A DNA stretch of 64,000 nucleotides from the IMG/VR virus record IMGVR_UViG_3300032322_001765, positions 156,868 to 220,867 of that record; one strand, written 5' to 3'. The stretch's first letter is position 1, and the number at the start of each line of letters is the position of its first letter. Below the pieces are notes generated by a model, which was not told the origin of the DNA, searched no databases, and was given only the letters and a program-made list of their open reading frames with translations. A program made the position numbers and the translations under genes. Below are positions 43,998-53,227 of the stretch, piece by piece.

Positions 43998-44068
43998 TAT
44001 TTTCTCCTAAGATAAAATTATTTTACTATTTAATATATATGTCAGTATATTAAATATTTAAATTTTTA

Positions 44069-44566
44069 TTAGTTTTTAGAAGCAATTATAAAATCAGTAT
44101 ATCTAACACTCATATCAGTTAGATTTCCTGAGGCTGTAAAAACTATAGGATGATCATGAGCAGTTGTTCCGGTACCGGTTGACGTACCTAATGTGCTACC
44201 AGCAACGTTACCAATTCCCGGGTTTAATCTAGTAACATTTGGTGTAGGTGCCGGAACCGTTCCAGGAGTTGATGCTGTTGATGTTGCTGCCCTTCTAGTC
44301 GCGGTAGGTCCTGCATGTACGTGTCCGTGTGGCGCGATTTGGGGCCAAGCTAATGTAGTTGCACCAAGTGCTGCTGATCCAAATGGCACACTACTAAAAG
44401 TGTGTTGAGTAAAAACACTAGTAAAATCTTCTGAACCCCCACTCGAAGCAGCGCCACTGACCACTCTGAGTGCGGCATTATTAAATGAAACATCTTTAGT
44501 CCACCCAGTTGGGGCACTTGTTTGATTAAATATAGTTTTTGTACCTGCTGGAAAAATAGTAGACAT
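44069..44566 (-). CDS. Short tail-fibre/collar-like protein (paralog 3)
   Basis: FPAGT..F.QTSAPTGWTK; HxH motifs; YTDFIIASKN. Confidence 0.65.
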   Translation of the reverse strand: MSTIFPAGTKTIFNQTSAPTGWTKDVSFNNAALRVVSGAASSGGSEDFTSVFTQHTFSSVPFGSAALGATTLAWPQIAPHGHVHAGPTATRRAATSTASTPGTVPAPTPNVTRLNPGIGNVAGSTLGTSTGTGTTAHDHPIVFTASGNLTDMSVRYTDFIIASKN

Positions 44567-45030
44567 TATGACCTCTGAACTAAAATAGCATCAACATACC
44601 TAATTGCCATATCTAATGTTCCTGATATACTTGATACGGGAGCAGCAACTGGATGTGAATGTCCTGTAGTGCCTTCTGTTGGAGACCCGCCGGATATTTG
44701 ACCGCTAGCGGAGGGGACTAATAAGCCACTACTATTGGGAGGTACAACGGTAGACTGTGATATAGTGGCTGAACCAATTTGATATACATGAACATGCGGT
44801 GGTATCATATTTAAACTCATACTTGTCTGACCAGAAGTTATAGTACTTGTAGTAACTGTTGATGAAAGTGTAGTAAAAGCTGAAGTATAATTAACTGTAC
44901 CTCCACTTGATACCGCACCATTCACAACTCTTAACGCATTTAAATTTGCCGTATTAGTTTTGGTCCATCCTGGTGGAGGAGTGTTCATTCTCATAACTGT
45001 AATTGAACCTGCAGGGATAACTAATGACAT
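44566..45030 (-). CDS. Short tail-fibre/collar-like protein (paralog 2)
   Basis: IPAGS...PPGWTK; PPHVH, GHSH; YVDAILVQRS. Confidence 0.65.
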   Translation of the reverse strand: MSLVIPAGSITVMRMNTPPPGWTKTNTANLNALRVVNGAVSSGGTVNYTSAFTTLSSTVTTSTITSGQTSMSLNMIPPHVHVYQIGSATISQSTVVPPNSSGLLVPSASGQISGGSPTEGTTGHSHPVAAPVSSISGTLDMAIRYVDAILVQRS

Positions 45031-45032
45031 AA

Positions 45033-45596
45033 TTAATTTTTCGTAGCTACTATAACATCAACGTATTTTAAATTAAAACTCCTAGAAAAATATGTTGTTG
45101 GATTTGTGGCCAATGACGGCGGATTAGGATGTACATGTGCTGTTGGACCAGTATAAGCCGGCGGATAAGAAGTTGAACCAGATATGGGAGCAGTAGCAGG
45201 TACAGACATTGTGGGATTAACCGTCGGTGTTGTCGGCCCTCTAAAAGGTCCAACTGCATAAGTAGTGGGTATAGGGTGCGTATGCGAAGGAATCATAGGA
45301 GCTGTCATAGTTGTTCCCCCTACCGTAAAAGAACCGTATGTTACTGTACCAGTTATAGAACGAGTAGTATTTACCGCAGAAGTTAATCCCAATGTTCCAC
45401 CATTAGATATTGTACTTGTAGTAGCAGTCAAAATAGCATCATCGAATGTTGTAGATTTAGTCCAACCGGTTGGTGCAGCAGTTTGTTGAAATACCATAAC
45501 TGCGCCTGCGTAGTTGGGACCTTCGTTAACTGTAACGGTGCCCATAATACTATACACACCATCAAAAGAACCAATTGTACCAAGTAAAGGAGCCAT
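45033..45596 (-). CDS. Short tail-fibre/collar-like protein (paralog 1)
   Basis: AGAVMVFQQTAAPTGWTK; PSHTH, AHVH; YVDVIVATKN. Confidence 0.65.
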   Translation of the reverse strand: MAPLLGTIGSFDGVYSIMGTVTVNEGPNYAGAVMVFQQTAAPTGWTKSTTFDDAILTATTSTISNGGTLGLTSAVNTTRSITGTVTYGSFTVGGTTMTAPMIPSHTHPIPTTYAVGPFRGPTTPTVNPTMSVPATAPISGSTSYPPAYTGPTAHVHPNPPSLATNPTTYFSRSFNLKYVDVIVATKN

Positions 45597-45601
45597 ATAT
45601 T

Positions 45602-48600
45602 TTATCCAAAAGTTCCATTATTTCCTAACACTGTCCAAGCGCCCGATACTCTCAATAATGCAAAAGTAAATACGTCCCTCTTATTTGCATTACCGGTTGG
45701 TGTCACGCCACCCGGCCAGTTAATTGTTTGCGCCACACTATTTATCTGCACTGCATTTGGTATAAATCCTGTTGCGCCTTGGGTAATAACTATTGTTACA
45801 ACTATTGATCTATTATCAGTTGTTGGAACATTCGTAAAGTTTGCAGTAAAACTAGCCGCTACACTTGTGTGTACAAATATTAGTCCACCTGCTACATTAT
45901 GTGTTACTGTTCCCGTAGCCCCTGTTAGTGACTGCGTGACCTCAGTAAATTCTTGCGAAGTTATCCAACCAGTTACGCTCGCATCTCCGCTTACAGTTAA
46001 GCTTGCTAACGTACCAACACTGGTTATATTTGTTTGTGCTGCTGTAGTTAATGTACCAGTTAAGAAGTTACCACTAATTAGATTAGCACCTGAAATATTA
46101 CCAGCAGTAAAATTACCGGTATATGTTGGTAGATATGCAGCAACATTCGTATTAGAATATGAACTTCCGAAATTCCATGCAACTCCGTTAGCATATAATA
46201 AGTTATTTGTTAAGACATTACCCGCACTAACATTTGCGGTGACGCTTAAGCTTGATAACGTTCCGACAGTAGTAATATTTGGCTGTGCTGCTGTTGTTAA
46301 TGTGCCAGTCAATAAAGAAGCACTTACTAAGTTAGCACCGGTAATTTGTGATAAACTACCACTGAGTGTAACGTTCGAATTAGCTGCTATCGTAGTACTC
46401 TGTAATGTACCAACTGAGGTAATGTTGGGTTGCGCTGCTGTTGTCAATGCACCAGTCAATAAAGAAGCACTTACTAGATTAGCACCAGTTATTTGAGCTA
46501 AACTACCACTAAGCGTAATATTCGAATTAGCTGCTATCGTAGTACTTTGCAACGCACCTATCGAAGTAATATTTGGTTGGGCCCCTGTTATTAAGGTGCC
46601 TTGTAAGAAATTACCAATTACCAAATTACCTAAATTAGCATTATATGATGTAATATTACCAGTACCACTAGTACCAACGGTCAGATTTCCATAAATACCT
46701 GCGTCGCCTGCTCTGTTACCATATCTTGTTTCAATTGTTACAGTGCCTGTACTATCAAATATATTTGCGGTTCTAATGCCATTACTTGTTGCAATGATTA
46801 GCCCAGTAACAGTAAGTGAAGATAAAGTACCAACACTTGTTATATTAGGTTGTGCACCAGTAGTTAGTGTTCCTGTAAATAGGTTAGCTGAAATTACATT
46901 AGCACCTGTTAAATTACCTCCGCTACCACTACCCATTGTTAGTGTTCCTGCTACAGTGGCGTTTCCTGCACTGAAGTTTGCTGAAACATTAGCGTAACCC
47001 GTAACGTTAGCACCCGTACTTGTTAAAATTAAAACATTTGATGTGCCACCTACGCCTGCGGTAATATTACCACCAGAAGAGCCAATGTTAATATTACTAG
47101 TTCCATTTGAAATTGAAGAAACGCTAGCTGAAATGCCTGTCAGTAAAGATCCATTTCCAACGAAGAAATTAGCTGTTGCTGCATTTCCTAAGTTAGCATT
47201 TCCTGAACTAATATTACCTGTTACATTTAAACTTGTTAATGTACCAACACTAGTGATGTTTGGTTGTGCATTTGTATATACAGTACCGGCAACCAGTGCA
47301 TTACCCACCTGGCCACTTACATTGCTGCCGGTGATTGATGTTAACGTGCTTCCATTGCCAATAAAATAATTTGCTGCGACATTGCCTGTATAAGTTGGTA
47401 GATATGCTGCGACATTTGTATTAGAGTATGAACTACCAAAACTCCATGCAACTCCATTTGAATATAAGAGATTGTTTGTTAAAAGATTTCCGGCTGTAAC
47501 ATTACCTGTATAAGTTGGTAGATATGCTGCGACATTTGTATTAGAGTATGAACTACCAAAACTCCACGAAACTCCGTTTGCATACAACAAATTATCAGAT
47601 AATATGTTTCCTGCACTTACATTAGCGGTAACACTTAAACTTGACAATGTACCGAGTGAAGTAATATTGGGTTGTGCATTAGTATAGACCGTACCAGCAA
47701 CCAGTGCATTACCTACTTGACCTGTAACATTAGCACCAGTAATTGAAGTTAATGCACTTCCGTTGCCAATAAAATAATTTGCCGCAACATTGCCTGTATA
47801 AGTGGGTAAGTAAGCAGCAACGTTTGTATTTGAATACGAACTACCAAAACTCCATGCAATTCCATTAGCATAAAGTAAACTGTCCGTTAATATGTTACCT
47901 GCACTTATATTCGCAGTAACACTTAAGATAGATAATGTTCCTACTGAAGTAATATTTGGTTGTGCATTGGTGTAGACCGTACTAGCAACTAGTGCGTTTG
48001 CCACTTGACCATTTACATTACCGCCTGTAATAGAACTTAACAATGAACCATTTCCACTGAAGAAATTAGCTATTGCTAAATTACCTAAATTACTATTACC
48101 TGAACTAACATTACCAGTTACATTTAAGCTACTTAATGTTCCTAAACTAGTGATGTTCGGTTGTGCTGCTGTGTATACTGTGCCAGCTACTAATGCATTA
48201 GCCACCTGTCCTGTTACATTACCACCTGTGATACTTGTTAATAAACTTCCGTTACCTGAAAAGAAATTAGCTATTGCTAAATTACCTAAATTAGCATTAC
48301 CCGCAATTACGTTACCGGTAACAGTCAAACTTGATAAGGTGCCAACGCTGGTGATATTAGGTTGTGCATTTGTATACACTGTTCCTGCAACTAATGCATT
48401 ACCTACTTGGCCCGCTATGTTACTACCTGTGATACTTGTTAGTAAACTTCCATCTCCGCTAAAGAAGTTTGCTCTAGCTAAATTACCTAAGTTAGCATTA
48501 CCTGAACTAACATTACCAGTGACGGTTAAACTACTCAAAGTACCTAAACTTGTAATATTTGGTTGTGCATTTGTGTAAACAGTACCGGCTACTAATGCAT

Positions 48601-51094
48601 TTGCTACTTGACCAGTAACGTTAGCACCAGTAATTGATGTTAATGTACTCCCATTACCAATAAAATAATTTGCGGCAACATTACCCGTGTACGTTGGAAG
48701 ATATGCTGCGACATTTGTATTAGAGTATGAACTACCAAAACTCCATGCAACTCCATTAGCATAAAGTAAACTGTCCGTTAATATGTTACCTGCACTAACA
48801 TTAGCGGTAACACTTAAGCTTGATAACATCCCTACACTTGTTATGTTTGGTTGTGCTGATGTTGTTAATGTTCCCTGCAAGAAATTACCAATAACTAAAT
48901 TACCTAAATTAGCATTGTATGCAGTAATATTTCCTGTACCACTGGTACCAACGGTTAAATTTCCGTATATGCCGGCATCACCGGCTTTGTTACCATACTG
49001 TGTTTCAATTGTAAGTGTACCTGTACTATCGTAGATGTTTGCAGTTTTAACACCATTTGCTGTTGTTGTAATTAAACCTGTAACTGTTAACGATGATAAT
49101 GTTCCTAAACTTGTTATATTTGGTTGTGCAGCAGTATAAACAGTACCTGCAACTAATGCATTAGATACTTGACCTGTGACATTACCGCCTGTTATTGAAG
49201 TTAATGCGCTTCCGTTGCCGATAAAATAGCTTGCTGCAACATTACCTGTATAAGTCGGAAGATACGCAGCAACATTCGTATTTGAATATGTTGCTCCAAA
49301 ACTCCATGCAACTCCATTTGCATATAATAAATTATTTGTTAAAACATTACCGGCTGCAACATTGCCTGTATAAGTGGGTAAGTAAGCAGCAACGTTTGTA
49401 TTTGAATACGAACTACCAAAGCTGTAGGGTGAGCCATTTGCATATAATAAATTATCTGTTAACACATTACCGGCTGCAACATTACCTGTATAAGTCGGAA
49501 GATACGCAGCAACATTCGTATTTGAATATGTTGCTCCAAAACTCCATGCAACTCCATTTGCATAAAGTAAGTTGTTCGTTAAAACATTTCCTGCACTTAC
49601 ATTTGAAGTGACTGCTAGGTTTGCTAATGTACCTAGGCTTGTAATATTTGGCTGTGCATTTGTATAAACAGTACCAGCTACTAATGCATTACCTACTTGA
49701 CCAGTAACGTTAGCTCCTGTAATTGAAGATAATGCACTACCGTTTCCTATAAAATATCCTGCGCGGATATTACCAAAACTATTAAATGTTACTACTTCAC
49801 TAGCAACTGATACGTTGCTACCAAACGCAAATTCACCATTACTGTTGTCCCACCCCATAAATGCATCAATTGGGGCAGTAGTGTAGTAATGTAAGATTTC
49901 TCCTCTGTCTTTACCGTCATTAGTAGTTAATGCATTTCCATTAGGCCCACCTCCCATCTCAATGATAGGATCTTCTATTACTAACGACTCTACATTTATA
50001 TAAGTTACATTTCCGTTGACTGTTAAATTACCGGCAACAGTTGCATTTCCTGATACATTTAGATCAGTTGTATTGGCATTGATAGACACATTTAAACTTG
50101 TTAATGTACCTACACTTGTAATATTAGGTTGTGCTGCTGAATATACTGTACCCGAAACTAATGCGTTTCCTACTTGACCTACAACATTGCCACCTGTGAT
50201 GCTTGATAATAAAGAGCCATTCCCGCTGAAATAATTGGCTACTGCTAAGTTTCCTAAGTTTGCATTACCTGACTCTATGTTACCTGTTAATGCAATATCA
50301 GCTCCGGATGCTTGTATTTGGGCGCCACCGATAATAATAGAATTACCTGCAAGATACAAATCATTCCAACGATAATCATTATTACCTAAATTGTAGGTTA
50401 TATTAGAACTAGGTATTAAATTGCCAATAACATAGTTGGCAACTGATAAATTACCAACGTTGGCGTTTCCGGATACAGCAACATTTACTAGTGTACCTGT
50501 GCTTGTGATGTTAGGTTGCGCACTAAATTGAACCGTTCCAGCTACAATTGCCGCTTGAGCATATGTAGCGTTAGCAACTTCATTAATTACATTACTTCCG
50601 TTAATTACTGTTAATCCTATTCCGTTTCCAAAAATGTAATTTGCACTTATATTTCCATTATAGGTAGTAAGATAAGCACCTACATTAGTGTTAGAATAAA
50701 CAGTTCCTAAATTCCATGCGACCCCATTAGCGTATAATAAATTGTTTGTTAGAACATTTCCAGCTGAAACATTACCTGTATAAGTTGGAAGATAGTTTGC
50801 AACATCAGTGTTACTGTAAGTTCCTGAGATTCCGGTTAATAAAGCACCGTTTCCTATGAAATAATTTGCACTAACATTTCCAGCGTAAGTGGGTAGATAG
50901 TTTGCAACATCAGCATTACTATAAGTTCCTGCAATTCCGGTTAGTAAACTACCATTTCCTATGAAATAGTTTGCCGTAGCAGCGTTACCTAAATTTGCGT
51001 TACCCGAAGTAACGTTTCCGTTAACAGTTACATTTGCAAACGTGAAATTAGCAGAGGTGTTTACACCAGATGGTTCTAACCTTGTAAAAGACAT
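45602..51094 (-). CDS. 1830-aa repeat-rich fibre/adhesin-like protein
   Basis: Many AQPNITS(V/L)GTL.SL and YSNTNVAAYLPTY.GNV repeats; N/G/T/V/A-rich; TAAATA upstream. Confidence 0.8.
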   Translation of the reverse strand: MSFTRLEPSGVNTSANFTFANVTVNGNVTSGNANLGNAATANYFIGNGSLLTGIAGTYSNADVANYLPTYAGNVSANYFIGNGALLTGISGTYSNTDVANYLPTYTGNVSAGNVLTNNLLYANGVAWNLGTVYSNTNVGAYLTTYNGNISANYIFGNGIGLTVINGSNVINEVANATYAQAAIVAGTVQFSAQPNITSTGTLVNVAVSGNANVGNLSVANYVIGNLIPSSNITYNLGNNDYRWNDLYLAGNSIIIGGAQIQASGADIALTGNIESGNANLGNLAVANYFSGNGSLLSSITGGNVVGQVGNALVSGTVYSAAQPNITSVGTLTSLNVSINANTTDLNVSGNATVAGNLTVNGNVTYINVESLVIEDPIIEMGGGPNGNALTTNDGKDRGEILHYYTTAPIDAFMGWDNSNGEFAFGSNVSVASEVVTFNSFGNIRAGYFIGNGSALSSITGANVTGQVGNALVAGTVYTNAQPNITSLGTLANLAVTSNVSAGNVLTNNLLYANGVAWSFGATYSNTNVAAYLPTYTGNVAAGNVLTDNLLYANGSPYSFGSSYSNTNVAAYLPTYTGNVAAGNVLTNNLLYANGVAWSFGATYSNTNVAAYLPTYTGNVAASYFIGNGSALTSITGGNVTGQVSNALVAGTVYTAAQPNITSLGTLSSLTVTGLITTTANGVKTANIYDSTGTLTIETQYGNKAGDAGIYGNLTVGTSGTGNITAYNANLGNLVIGNFLQGTLTTSAQPNITSVGMLSSLSVTANVSAGNILTDSLLYANGVAWSFGSSYSNTNVAAYLPTYTGNVAANYFIGNGSTLTSITGANVTGQVANALVAGTVYTNAQPNITSLGTLSSLTVTGNVSSGNANLGNLARANFFSGDGSLLTSITGSNIAGQVGNALVAGTVYTNAQPNITSVGTLSSLTVTGNVIAGNANLGNLAIANFFSGNGSLLTSITGGNVTGQVANALVAGTVYTAAQPNITSLGTLSSLNVTGNVSSGNSNLGNLAIANFFSGNGSLLSSITGGNVNGQVANALVASTVYTNAQPNITSVGTLSILSVTANISAGNILTDSLLYANGIAWSFGSSYSNTNVAAYLPTYTGNVAANYFIGNGSALTSITGANVTGQVGNALVAGTVYTNAQPNITSLGTLSSLSVTANVSAGNILSDNLLYANGVSWSFGSSYSNTNVAAYLPTYTGNVTAGNLLTNNLLYSNGVAWSFGSSYSNTNVAAYLPTYTGNVAANYFIGNGSTLTSITGSNVSGQVGNALVAGTVYTNAQPNITSVGTLTSLNVTGNISSGNANLGNAATANFFVGNGSLLTGISASVSSISNGTSNINIGSSGGNITAGVGGTSNVLILTSTGANVTGYANVSANFSAGNATVAGTLTMGSGSGGNLTGANVISANLFTGTLTTGAQPNITSVGTLSSLTVTGLIIATSNGIRTANIFDSTGTVTIETRYGNRAGDAGIYGNLTVGTSGTGNITSYNANLGNLVIGNFLQGTLITGAQPNITSIGALQSTTIAANSNITLSGSLAQITGANLVSASLLTGALTTAAQPNITSVGTLQSTTIAANSNVTLSGSLSQITGANLVSASLLTGTLTTAAQPNITTVGTLSSLSVTANVSAGNVLTNNLLYANGVAWNFGSSYSNTNVAAYLPTYTGNFTAGNISGANLISGNFLTGTLTTAAQTNITSVGTLASLTVSGDASVTGWITSQEFTEVTQSLTGATGTVTHNVAGGLIFVHTSVAASFTANFTNVPTTDNRSIVVTIVITQGATGFIPNAVQINSVAQTINWPGGVTPTGNANKRDVFTFALLRVSGAWTVLGNNGTFG

Positions 51095-51254
51095 TTTTTA
51101 TCCTTGAATACAGTGTATTTATGCGTTTTGGACTACCGTATGGGTTAGCAAAAAAGCAACATTTGACTTAAAATCACAAAGGAAGTATAATAGCGAATTA
51201 GTGAATTGTAGTAATATAGGTTGTTGTAAATTTGACAAGTTTTTGGGCAAAATT

Positions 51255-51704
51255 ATGAACGTATATATTCGGAGTTCAAGTAAAGACCGTGCTAAATTTT
51301 TGGAAATCAGCGTCAATTTTTTCAAAAAATATCTCAATCTAGACAAAAGTAAGTACAATCTTTATGTTTTTTCCAAACAAGGCCTCAGAAAAAATGACGG
51401 CAATTTGGGTCAAGTATGCAAATATGAGAATAATCTGATTATGTTGTTGGATAATCAACTTTCTTACCCAAAATTGTTACAGACCATTAGTCATGAAATG
51501 GTTCATATTAAACAATATGCTAAGGGGCAGATTAAAACAAAGCACACCAAATTTGGTAATTTTAGTCATTTTTGGTTGGGTAAAAAAGTCAATAGAATGT
51601 ACCACAAAAGACCATGGGAGATTGAAGCTTATTCTAGAGAACTAGAATTAATAGAAGCATTTATGAAGTATTTTTCCAAAAATAAATCTAAATTATTGAC
51701 ATAA
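51255..51704 (+). CDS. Zn metallopeptidase-like protein
   Basis: HEMVHIKQY and RPWEIEAY; start at MNVYIR inferred. Confidence 0.7.
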   Translation: MNVYIRSSSKDRAKFLEISVNFFKKYLNLDKSKYNLYVFSKQGLRKNDGNLGQVCKYENNLIMLLDNQLSYPKLLQTISHEMVHIKQYAKGQIKTKHTKFGNFSHFWLGKKVNRMYHKRPWEIEAYSRELELIEAFMKYFSKNKSKLLT

Positions 51705-51724
51705 AAATTGTTTTGTAGTACAAT
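51696..51724 (+). promoter_or_regulatory. Sigma70-type promoter
   Basis: TTGACA-17nt-TACAAT. Confidence 0.8.
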
Positions 51725-51764
51725 CTGTTTCGCTGTAAAAAAATCAATTAACGAAGGAGCTAAT

Positions 51765-52871
51765 ATGGCAGTTGTATCTGATAATCACACTATTACTAGT
51801 GTTCAAACACGTAAATCTATTTTGCAGGCTTTCAAAACGAAACGTCCTGTATTTCTTTGGGGACCGCCCGGCATTGGTAAGAGTGAAGTAGTTGCTGAAA
51901 TTACTCAGGAGCTAGGTGGTCATGTAATCGATTTGCGTATGGCTCAGATGGAGCCTACTGATATTCGCGGTATTCCGTTTTTTAACAAAGAACTCAATAA
52001 GATGGATTGGGCGCCCCCTGTTGATTTGCCTGATGAGGAATTCGCAAGTCAATATCCCATCGTAGTATTATTTTTAGATGAAATGAATTCTGCGCCTCCT
52101 GCAGTTCAAGCAGCAGGTTACCAGCTTGTATTGAATCGTCGAGTAGGTAAGTATAAACTTCCTGACAATGTTGTGATTGTTGCAGCAGGTAATCGTGATA
52201 GTGATAAAGGTGTTACTTATCGTATGCCGATGCCCCTCGCTAATCGTTTCATTCACCTTGAAATGCGAGCCGATTTTTCTTCATGGCAAACATGGGCAGT
52301 TAATAACGGCATTCACAAAGATGTTGTAGGTTATCTAAGTTTTGCAAAACAAGATTTGTATGATTTTGATAACAAATCTAGTAGCCGAGCATTTGCTACT
52401 CCACGTACTTGGTGCTTCGTTAGCGATTTGCTTAATGAAGAAGATAACATGGACTCCGATACACAGTTTAATCTTGTGGCGGGTGCAGTTGGCGAGGGAC
52501 TTGCAGTTAAATTTGCAGCACACAGAAAAATTGCAGGTAAGATGCCTGAACCAAGTGACATTCTTTCAGGTAAAGTAAAAGAACTTGCTGTAAAAGAAAT
52601 TTCTGCTATGTACGCATTGACTATTGCTATGTGCTACGAATTGAAAGATTCTGTACAAAACAAAAAAGTAGATAATAAAAAGTTTCATGAAATGGCACAG
52701 AATTTCTTTGATTATATGATGCAAAACTTTGAAACTGAATTAGTTGTTATGGGTGCAAAAATTGCTCTCAAAACATACGAACTACCTATCGAACCTAGTC
52801 AATTGAATAATTTTGATGAGTTCCACAAAAAATACGGTAAGTATATTGTAGAGGCAGGTAGTTCAAACTAA
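51765..52871 (+). CDS. MoxR-like AAA+ ATPase
   Basis: GPPGIGKS Walker A, LFLDE Walker B, AAGNR, NRF; AAGGAG SD. Confidence 0.9.
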   Translation: MAVVSDNHTITSVQTRKSILQAFKTKRPVFLWGPPGIGKSEVVAEITQELGGHVIDLRMAQMEPTDIRGIPFFNKELNKMDWAPPVDLPDEEFASQYPIVVLFLDEMNSAPPAVQAAGYQLVLNRRVGKYKLPDNVVIVAAGNRDSDKGVTYRMPMPLANRFIHLEMRADFSSWQTWAVNNGIHKDVVGYLSFAKQDLYDFDNKSSSRAFATPRTWCFVSDLLNEEDNMDSDTQFNLVAGAVGEGLAVKFAAHRKIAGKMPEPSDILSGKVKELAVKEISAMYALTIAMCYELKDSVQNKKVDNKKFHEMAQNFFDYMMQNFETELVVMGAKIALKTYELPIEPSQLNNFDEFHKKYGKYIVEAGSSN

Positions 52872-52902
52872 GTTAGCTCCTAAGTACGTAAGTACTATGG
52901 TT

Positions 52903-52935
52903 GGGTGGGAGCCAAAAAACTCTCACCCTTTTTTT
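52903..52935 (+). terminator. Intrinsic terminator
   Basis: GGGTGGGAG-8nt-CTCTCACCC then T7. Confidence 0.8.
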
Positions 52936-52946
52936 AAGGATATATA

Positions 52947-53171
52947 ATGACCGAAAATAAAATGAAAGTTATTTTTACCCCAGGTTGTTTTGATGACTTT
53001 GAGGGTACTCAGGAAGAACTAGATGAATTGGTCGCAGAGATACGTAGAATGGCAGAATCAGGTGAATTAGAAAAAAATTCTACCCCAATCGATATAGATG
53101 ACATTTTGGATGATGACGATTTTGATGATGACGATTTCGATGAGGATTACCAAAATAACAGCAGACATTAA
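52947..53171 (+). CDS. Acidic hypothetical protein
   Basis: AAGGA SD; D/E-rich. Confidence 0.7.
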   Translation: MTENKMKVIFTPGCFDDFEGTQEELDELVAEIRRMAESGELEKNSTPIDIDDILDDDDFDDDDFDEDYQNNSRH

Positions 53172-53172
53172 T

Positions 53173-53201
53173 TTGACAAATATTCATAATTTTGATATAA
53201 T
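53173..53201 (+). promoter_or_regulatory. Sigma70-type promoter
   Basis: TTGACA-17nt-TATAAT perfect consensus. Confidence 0.9.
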
Positions 53202-53227
53202 TACAATTATTAATCAAGGAGCCTTTT

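Noticed and set aside
47385-49564. Diversity-generating retroelement TR/VR pair in the fibre gene
   Set aside because: The repeats are identical and in frame, with no adenine-specific mismatches; no reverse transcriptase in the window.
45068-49611. Several plus-strand ORFs over the fibre genes (45068, 45265, 45867, 46743, 47043, 48150, 48783, 49231)
   Set aside because: Antisense shadows of repetitive minus-strand genes; low-complexity translations, no SD.
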